DNA of 64,000 nt, taken from NCBI GenBank assembly GCA_963695225.1, contig OY968762.1:256001-320000 (forward strand). Reading direction: 5' to 3'. The position numbers and the translations under genes were made by a program. Of the stretch, positions 57,387 through 64,000 are shown piece after piece; position 1 is the first letter of the stretch; each line of letters starts with the position of its first letter. Source of the DNA: Vulcanimicrobiota bacterium. Its GTDB lineage: Bacteria; Vulcanimicrobiota; Vulcanimicrobiia; Vulcanimicrobiales; Vulcanimicrobiaceae. Below the pieces are notes generated by a model. The model had not been told where the DNA came from, made no database searches, and was given only the letters and a program-made list of their open reading frames with translations.

Positions 57387-60300
57387 GTGGCGGCGCTTGA
57401 AGAGCTAAAGACAGGGTCTACGGTGAGGGGAGTCCTCTCCAGCGGCGTCGCCACCGTCGTTAGTGTGCAGTGGTACGGTTCCGACGCGGTTGAGCTCACC
57501 TACAAAGACGCGACCGGAAAGGTCGGAAACGAGCTTCTCTACCGCGATAGGGAAGCCGACCTCGAGATCGTCGAGGAAGGGCGCCCGTGGAGCTTCGACG
57601 GAGATGGCGCCCTCTTTCGCCTCGTATCGGAGGCGCAACGCATTCACCTCGCCTATCTGTTCGATCCCGTTCTTGCTGTCCATACGTCGGTAGTAGAACC
57701 GCTGCCGCATCAGATTACCGCCGTCTATGAAAGCATGCTGCCGCGGCAACCACTGCGCTTTCTGCTGGCTGACGACCCGGGAGCCGGGAAGACCATCATG
57801 GCCGGCCTTCTCATTCGTGAACTGATCGCGCGAGGAGACCTGCAGCGATGCTTGATCGTCTGCCCAGGGAGCCTCGCGGAGCAGTGGCAAGACGAACTGT
57901 ACCGGCGCTTCAACCTGCCGTTCGAGATTCTCACGAACGACAAACTCGAGACCGCGCGCACAGGCAACTGGTTCATGGAAACAAATCTAGTGATTGCGCG
58001 GCTCGACAAGTTGTCACGCAATGAAGACCTACAGCAGAAGCTTCAGGCGCCGGATTGTCGGTGGGATCTCATCGTCTGCGATGAGGCGCATAAGATGTCC
58101 GCGACCTTCTTCGGCGGCGAGGTCAAGTACACAAAGCGTTATCGGCTTGGCCAACTCCTCTCTTCGCTAACACGGCATTTCCTGCTCATGACGGCCACGC
58201 CGCATAATGGCAAGGAGGAGGACTTCCAACTCTTCATGGCCCTGCTGGATGGCGATCGTTTTGAGGGCCGATTCCGCGACGGCGCCCATACTGCCGACGT
58301 GTCGGATCTCATGCGCCGCATGGTCAAAGAAAATCTTCTGACTTTCGACGCAAAGCCTCTGTTTCCGGAGCGCTGCGCATATACGGTCCCGTACAAACTG
58401 TCGGACGGCGAGGCCGCGCTCTACAAGGCGGTCACCGAGTACGTGCGTGAGGAGTTCAATCGTGCTGAGGCGCTGGAGAATGACAGGCGCGCTGGAACGG
58501 TCGGGTTCGCTCTCACGATCCTGCAAAGGCGGCTGGCCTCCTCACCGGAGGCGATCTACCAGTCTCTCCGCCGCCGCCGAGAACGCCTCGAAAGCCGGCT
58601 GCGGGAATTGGAGTTGCTTCAGCGCGGAGGCCCAACGGGCGACGCCATCAACGCGCACATCCCCGTATTGGATGACGAAGACGTTGACGACTTGGAAGAC
58701 GCGCCGGATGCGGAAGTCGAGAAAGTTGAGGAGGCGGTCCTTGACGCCGCGACTGCCGCCAGGTCGATCGGAGAGCTCCGGATTGAGATCGGGACGCTAA
58801 AGCGACTCGAGGAATTGGCTTTGTCGATTCGGCGCGGCGGCGACGACAAGAAATGGACTGAGCTCGCGAGCTTGCTCGGAGAGATCTTCAGGCCGGCGTC
58901 CATAATGAATGGTTCGGCGGGGCGGGCGCAGACTGACGATGCGGCCACGTTAGTGCCGCCCACAATCGCCCCATCTCCGCATCAGAAGATCGTCATCTTT
59001 ACCGAACATCGGGACACGCTTAACTACCTTCAGATCCGCATCGGAACGCTGCTGGGGCGATCGCAAGCCATCGTGACAATCCATGGCGGCATGGGACGCG
59101 AGGAACGCTTGAAGGCTCAGGAGGCATTCAAGCACGATCCCGAGGTTCAGGTCTTGCTCGCGACCGATGCGGCGGGCGAGGGCATCAACCTCCAACGCGC
59201 ACACCTGATGGTGAACTACGACCTCCCCTGGAATCCGAATCGGCTGGAACAGCGGTTTGGTCGCATTCATCGGATCGGCCAAACTGAGGTCTGTCACCTT
59301 TGGAACCTGGTCGCGGAAGAAACTCGCGAAGGGGACGTCTATCGCAAGCTGCTCGAAAAGCTCGAGCAGGCGCGTAACGCTTTGGGCGGACAGGTCTTCG
59401 ACGTACTGGGGAAATTGCAATTCGATGGTCGGCCGCTGCGCGAACTGCTCATCGAGGCCATTCGATACGGCGAGAAGCCCGAGGTGCGTGCGCGGCTTAC
59501 GCAAGTCCTTGAGAACGCCCTCGATAGAGAAGCCCTACGGACTCTTCTGGAAGACCACGCGCTGGTGCACGACGCCATGGACGCCTCGCGCGTCTTTCGG
59601 ATACGAGAAGACATGGAACGCGCGGAGGCACGCCGGCTACAGCCGCACTACGTCGAGTCATTCTTTCTGGAGGCATTTCGTCGCCTTGGTGGCGCTGTGC
59701 GGCAGCGCGAAGCAGGACGCTATGAGATCACGCACGTCCCAGCTGTCGTCCGAAGCCGCGACCGCCTTATTGGCGTGGGCGAGCCAGTGCTGCCGCGGTA
59801 CGAACGCATTGCCTTCGCGAAGGCGCTCGTAGCCCCTCAGGGGCAACCGTTGGCGGCCTTCGTCTGCCCGGGCCATCCGCTCCTTAGTTCCGTCATTGAT
59901 ATCACCCTTGAGCGTCACCGTGATCTATTACGACGTGGAGCCATACTTGTTGACGAACGAGACCTCGGCACAGAGCCGCGCATCCTTTTCTTTCTAGAAC
60001 ATGCTATCCAAGATACTGGAATAACGAAGAGCGGGGATCGGCGCATTGTATCGAAGCGCCTGCTCTTTGTCGAAATCGGCAAGGACGGCATTCCACGCCA
60101 TATTAACTACGCCCCATATCTCGACTACCGTCCGCTGGCGGAAAGCGAACCCGGTATCGACGCCATCCTAAGACGTCCCCAGTGCACCTGGATCACGCGT
60201 GACCTTGAGGCAAATGCGCAGGCGTATGCGATCGCAAAGGTGGTTCCTGAGCATCTCTCGGAGGTACGCGATCGCAAGATCGCGCTACTCGCCAAGACCG

Positions 60301-60983
60301 AGGCTGCGGTCAAGGACCGCCTCACGAAGGAAATCAACTACTGGGACTTTCGCGCGGAGCAGCTCAAGGAACAGGAGCGGGCCGGCAAAGCTAACGCAAG
60401 GCTGAACTCGGGTGAAGCGCGTAAGCGCGCGGACGACCTTCAGGCGCGACTCCAAAAGCGGCTCGAGGAGATCAAGCGAGAGCGCCAGCTAGCCCCGCTG
60501 CCGCCCGTCGTGCTCGGCGGGTTGCTGGTGGTGCCGATCGGACTGATCAGGGAAATCAGAGGGACTCCCCCAGTTACCTCGCAAGGCGCAGTTGATACGC
60601 AGGCTGCGGCTGCGAGGGCTCGCGAAATCGTTATGGAGATCGAGCGTGGGCTTGGCTTCGCGCCGGTCGACCGCGAATTTGAAAAGCTTGGCTACGACAT
60701 CGAAAGCGCCATCCCCGGGACTGGACGGCTTCGCTTCCTTGAAGTTAAAGGTCGCATAGCCGATGCCGACACGGTCACCGTAACTAAGAACGAAATTCTG
60801 TATTCGCTCAACAAGCCTGACGACTTCATCCTCGCCATGGTCGCTTTCGGCGCCGACGGGGCGCACGAGGTTCGTTACCTGCGCCGTCCGTTCCACGAAA
60901 AAGGCGTAACGACTGACTTTGCCGGGGCCACCGTCAATTTTCCCTTCGCGCAACTACTCGCTGAAGCGGCTCCACCGGCGTGA
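57387..60983 (+). CDS. SNF2-family helicase with C-terminal DUF3883 PD-(D/E)xK nuclease
   Basis: [62 protein letters not shown]. Confidence 0.92.
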   Translation: MAALEELKTGSTVRGVLSSGVATVVSVQWYGSDAVELTYKDATGKVGNELLYRDREADLEIVEEGRPWSFDGDGALFRLVSEAQRIHLAYLFDPVLAVHTSVVEPLPHQITAVYESMLPRQPLRFLLADDPGAGKTIMAGLLIRELIARGDLQRCLIVCPGSLAEQWQDELYRRFNLPFEILTNDKLETARTGNWFMETNLVIARLDKLSRNEDLQQKLQAPDCRWDLIVCDEAHKMSATFFGGEVKYTKRYRLGQLLSSLTRHFLLMTATPHNGKEEDFQLFMALLDGDRFEGRFRDGAHTADVSDLMRRMVKENLLTFDAKPLFPERCAYTVPYKLSDGEAALYKAVTEYVREEFNRAEALENDRRAGTVGFALTILQRRLASSPEAIYQSLRRRRERLESRLRELELLQRGGPTGDAINAHIPVLDDEDVDDLEDAPDAEVEKVEEAVLDAATAARSIGELRIEIGTLKRLEELALSIRRGGDDKKWTELASLLGEIFRPASIMNGSAGRAQTDDAATLVPPTIAPSPHQKIVIFTEHRDTLNYLQIRIGTLLGRSQAIVTIHGGMGREERLKAQEAFKHDPEVQVLLATDAAGEGINLQRAHLMVNYDLPWNPNRLEQRFGRIHRIGQTEVCHLWNLVAEETREGDVYRKLLEKLEQARNALGGQVFDVLGKLQFDGRPLRELLIEAIRYGEKPEVRARLTQVLENALDREALRTLLEDHALVHDAMDASRVFRIREDMERAEARRLQPHYVESFFLEAFRRLGGAVRQREAGRYEITHVPAVVRSRDRLIGVGEPVLPRYERIAFAKALVAPQGQPLAAFVCPGHPLLSSVIDITLERHRDLLRRGAILVDERDLGTEPRILFFLEHAIQDTGITKSGDRRIVSKRLLFVEIGKDGIPRHINYAPYLDYRPLAESEPGIDAILRRPQCTWITRDLEANAQAYAIAKVVPEHLSEVRDRKIALLAKTEAAVKDRLTKEINYWDFRAEQLKEQERAGKANARLNSGEARKRADDLQARLQKRLEEIKRERQLAPLPPVVLGGLLVVPIGLIREIRGTPPVTSQGAVDTQAAAARAREIVMEIERGLGFAPVDREFEKLGYDIESAIPGTGRLRFLEVKGRIADADTVTVTKNEILYSLNKPDDFILAMVAFGADGAHEVRYLRRPFHEKGVTTDFAGATVNFPFAQLLAEAAPPA

Positions 60984-60999
60984 GAAATGGTCTTCCCAT

Positions 61000-63900
61000 A
61001 TGATCGTAAAGACACGAAGAAAACTCATCGAAGTAGCCCTGCCGCTCGACGCAATCAACAAGGCTTGCGCGCGGGAGAAGTCGATCCGTCACGGGCATCC
61101 AAGCACACTGCATTTATGGTGGGCGAGGCGGCCGCTAGCGGCAGCGCGGGCAGTGATCTTCGCTCAAATGGTCGACGATCCGTCGGAATACGTAGATGTG
61201 CTCCGCGCGGACCCGAAGCTGCACCGTAAGGCGGAGACCGCGCTTAAAGCCCGACTGAAGCTTTGGGAGGAAGCCCTTTCCCTCGCCAAGAGGGCCGAGG
61301 GAACGGGGCTTTCGGTCCCGGAACCGGGGCCGGCACCGACCCTCGTCGATATGCTTGAAGATCTGGAGCGCCAGAGGCTCTTCCGAATAATCGAAGATCT
61401 CGTGGTCTGGGAAAACACGACTAACGAAATGGTTCTGCAGGCTGCTCGGGACGAGATCTGGGCAAGCTGGCGTCGCGCCTGCGCGGAGAATGTTGACAAC
61501 CCTCGCGCGAAGGAACTTTTTGATCGCAATGAGCTTCCGGCTTTCCATGACCCCTTCGCCGGTGGCGGTGCGCTGCCGCTCGAGGCGCAGCGGCTGGGGC
61601 TCGAGAGCTACGCCAGCGACCTGAACCCGGTAGCGGTGCTGATTAACAAAGCGATGATCGAGATCCCGCCGAGGTTCGCGGGGAAGCCGCCGGTGAATCC
61701 GGAGTCGCTCGGGGAGGAGTCTCTCATCTCCCGAGATTGGAAGGGCGCTCAGGGCCTCGCCGAGGACGTGCGCTATTACAGCCGGTGGATGCGCAACGAG
61801 GCTGAGAAGCGCATCGGCCACCTGTACCCTAAGGTCGAAGTCACCGCCGAGATGGCGAAGACGCGGCCGGACCTTAAGCCGTACCTTGGTCAAAAGCTCA
61901 CCGTGATAGCCTGGCTTTGGGCCCGCACGGTGAAGAGTCCGAACCCGGCATTCGCGCATGTGGACGTGCCGCTCGCCTCAACCTTTATGCTCTCAACCAA
62001 AGCGGGCAAGGAGGCGTATGTCGAGCCGGTGATTGAGAACGGCGGCTATGGTTTCACGGTAAAGGTTGGAAAGCCGAAGGATGTGGAGGCGGCGAAGATC
62101 GGCACGAAGCCGGGCAGCAGCGGGGGCAGCTTCCTCTGCTTGATGTCGGGGACGCCGATACCGTTTGAGTATCTTCGGTCGGAGGCCAAGGCTGGCCGCA
62201 TGGGCGCGAGGCTAATGGCTATCGTCGCAGAGGGCAACCGAGGCCGGGTCTATCTCGCGCCAACGGCGGAAGCAGAAGCGATCGCTTTGAGCGCGCACCC
62301 AACCGATGTGCCGGAGGCCGAATTGCCTCCGAAGGCGCTTGGTTTTCGTGTTCAGGAATACGGGATGACGCGCTGGCGCGACCTTTTCACTCTCCGCCAG
62401 CTTGCAGCATTGACGACTTTCGCTGACCTGGTGCAGGAGGCGCGCGAGCAGGTGCAGCGCGACGCAATTGCCGCCGGTCTTCCCGATGACGGCCGGCCAC
62501 TCCGCGATCGTGGCGCAGGCGCGACCGCCTACGTTGATGCAGTCGCGGTGTACCTTGCGTTCGCGCTCAGTAAAGTTACTGACCTTGCGAATACGATCGT
62601 AACGTGGCGTACTGACCGCGAATCATCATACCACCTGTTTTCGCGACAGGCGATCCCGATGAGTTGGGATTACTGCGAGCTTAACGCGCTCCTGAAGGGG
62701 ACTGGAAGTCTGATAGGTGCTGCTGATTGGACTGCCGAGAGCATCGAGGGCGTCGCTGCTGGTTATGGTTCACCTTTCGGTGATGCCCGCCAACATGATG
62801 CAACGCGGCAGGACACGTCGCGCGGCAAGGTGGTTTCCACAGACCCCCCTTACTACGACAACATCGGTTACGCAGATCTTTCCGACTTCTTTTATGTCTG
62901 GTTGCGGCGCTCGTTGCGACCGGTCTTTCCGGAGCTCTTCGCGACTCTCGCTGTTCCGAAAGCGGAAGAGCTGGTTGCTACGCCGTTTCGTCATGGCAGC
63001 AAGGAAAAGGCGGAGGCGTTCTTTCTCCACGGCATGACTCAGGCGATGCACCGCCTCGCCGAGCAGGCACATGCTGCGTTCCCGGTTACTATTTACTACG
63101 CTTTCAAGCAATCCGAAACCCAAACTGCGGAAGGCATCTCGAGCACGGGCTGGGAGACGTTCCTCGACGCAGTGATTAGCGCTGGATTCGCAATAACTGG
63201 CACGTGGCCGATGCGCACGGAACTTGGCAATCGCATGGTGGGCTCAGGCACAAACGCCCTCGCCTCCAGCATCGTGCTCGTCTGCCGCGCGCGCGCGGCG
63301 GACGCGCCCTCGGCGACGCGCCGCGAGTTTGTCGCCGCGCTCAGAGCCGAGCTGCCAGTAGCGCTCGCCCACTTGCAGCGCGGAAACATCGCGCCCGTGG
63401 ACCTCGCACAGGCGGCTATCGGCCCTGGCATGTCGGTTTACACCCGCTACATCAAGGTGCTCGACGCCGAAGGTAAGCCGCTTAGCGTGAGCGAGGCTTT
63501 GGCACTCATCAACCAGATTCTCGACGAGGCGCTGGCCGAACAGGAGGGCGACTTCGACGCCGATAGCCGCTGGGCGATCACTTGGTTCGAGCAGATGGGC
63601 TTTACAGAGGGCGAATACGGCGTGGCGGAACAGCTCTCAAAGTCCAAAAACACCAGCGTCGTCGGCATGGTCGAGGCTGGCATCCTCGAGTCGAAGCGCG
63701 GCAAGGTGCGACTACTTAAGCCCGACGAGCTGTCCTCCAACTTGAGCCCGGCCAAGGACTCACGCCTAAGCGCGTGGGCGATCGTCCACCACCTGGTCGG
63801 GGCGCTCGCGAGCCGAGGCGAGAGTGCAGCCGCGGGGCTCGTCGCCACGCTCGGAGCGAACGCCGAGATCGCCCGCGAGCTGGCCTACCGACTATATACC

Positions 63901-64000
63901 CTCTGCGAGCGCAAGAAACGGGCGGGGGAGGCGCTCGCCTACAACGGCCTCGTACAAAGCTGGCCGGAGATCGTTCGCATTGCGCGCGAGGGCGCAAAGC
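61000..64000 (+). CDS. DUF1156 domain adenine DNA methyltransferase (3' truncated by window edge; absent from the ORF track)
   Basis: Read directly from ATG 61000: [42 protein letters not shown]-binding DPFAGGG at about 61549; catalytic TDPPYYD at about 62839. Confidence 0.92.
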   Translation, partial: MIVKTRRKLIEVALPLDAINKACAREKSIRHGHPSTLHLWWARRPLAAARAVIFAQMVDDPSEYVDVLRADPKLHRKAETALKARLKLWEEALSLAKRAEGTGLSVPEPGPAPTLVDMLEDLERQRLFRIIEDLVVWENTTNEMVLQAARDEIWASWRRACAENVDNPRAKELFDRNELPAFHDPFAGGGALPLEAQRLGLESYASDLNPVAVLINKAMIEIPPRFAGKPPVNPESLGEESLISRDWKGAQGLAEDVRYYSRWMRNEAEKRIGHLYPKVEVTAEMAKTRPDLKPYLGQKLTVIAWLWARTVKSPNPAFAHVDVPLASTFMLSTKAGKEAYVEPVIENGGYGFTVKVGKPKDVEAAKIGTKPGSSGGSFLCLMSGTPIPFEYLRSEAKAGRMGARLMAIVAEGNRGRVYLAPTAEAEAIALSAHPTDVPEAELPPKALGFRVQEYGMTRWRDLFTLRQLAALTTFADLVQEAREQVQRDAIAAGLPDDGRPLRDRGAGATAYVDAVAVYLAFALSKVTDLANTIVTWRTDRESSYHLFSRQAIPMSWDYCELNALLKGTGSLIGAADWTAESIEGVAAGYGSPFGDARQHDATRQDTSRGKVVSTDPPYYDNIGYADLSDFFYVWLRRSLRPVFPELFATLAVPKAEELVATPFRHGSKEKAEAFFLHGMTQAMHRLAEQAHAAFPVTIYYAFKQSETQTAEGISSTGWETFLDAVISAGFAITGTWPMRTELGNRMVGSGTNALASSIVLVCRARAADAPSATRREFVAALRAELPVALAHLQRGNIAPVDLAQAAIGPGMSVYTRYIKVLDAEGKPLSVSEALALINQILDEALAEQEGDFDADSRWAITWFEQMGFTEGEYGVAEQLSKSKNTSVVGMVEAGILESKRGKVRLLKPDELSSNLSPAKDSRLSAWAIVHHLVGALASRGESAAAGLVATLGANAEIARELAYRLYTLCERKKRAGEALAYNGLVQSWPEIVRIAREGAK

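Noticed and set aside
57387..60983. Calling the helicase DISARM DrmD, BREX BrxH or RapA
   Set aside because: The DUF3883 tail and adjacent DUF1156 methylase fit the restriction-like type better; no DrmA/B or PglZ is visible
60987..61959. ORF-track calls 60987-61229 (+), 61135-61959 (-) and later short ORFs
   Set aside because: They overlap the real DUF1156 gene starting at 61000, which the track omitted because it has no stop inside the window

Overview
High-GC bacterial chromosome segment. The gene content (PASTA kinase, ruvCAB-spoIID-queA, MutS2, LptF/G) suggests a diderm Terrabacteria lineage such as Eremiobacterota; this is inference only. Bases 1-54.4 kb are mostly housekeeping: mutS2 (partial), tyrS, hslO, aroQ, HU, tRNA-Pro(GGG), valS, pyrR-pyrB-pyrC-carA, a split MoxR/DUF58/vWA cluster, pdxH, carB, a prolyl oligopeptidase, two Uma2 nucleases, hutH-hutU and hutI/hutF flanking a Phd-VapC toxin-antitoxin pair, pbpA-pknB-ruvCAB-spoIID-queA, a serine protease with 12 Sel1 repeats, an HlyD/ABC exporter, a truncated LptF/G gene and a lytic transglycosylase. 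From about 54.6 kb the sequence becomes lower in GC and looks like a defence island. It carries a coupled two-gene module (HEPN-like protein plus a P-loop ATPase ending in an RNA polymerase alpha-CTD-like domain), then an SNF2 helicase-DUF3883 nuclease and a DUF1156 adenine methyltransferase that runs off the window end and is missing from the ORF track. The two-gene module is the best candidate for an undescribed system. A second notable signal is a recurrent SigH-like promoter motif (NGG-N16/17-CNAA) lying only 9-13 nt before many core start codons, which suggests widespread leaderless or very short-leader transcripts. All family assignments come from motif recognition by eye; no searches were run.
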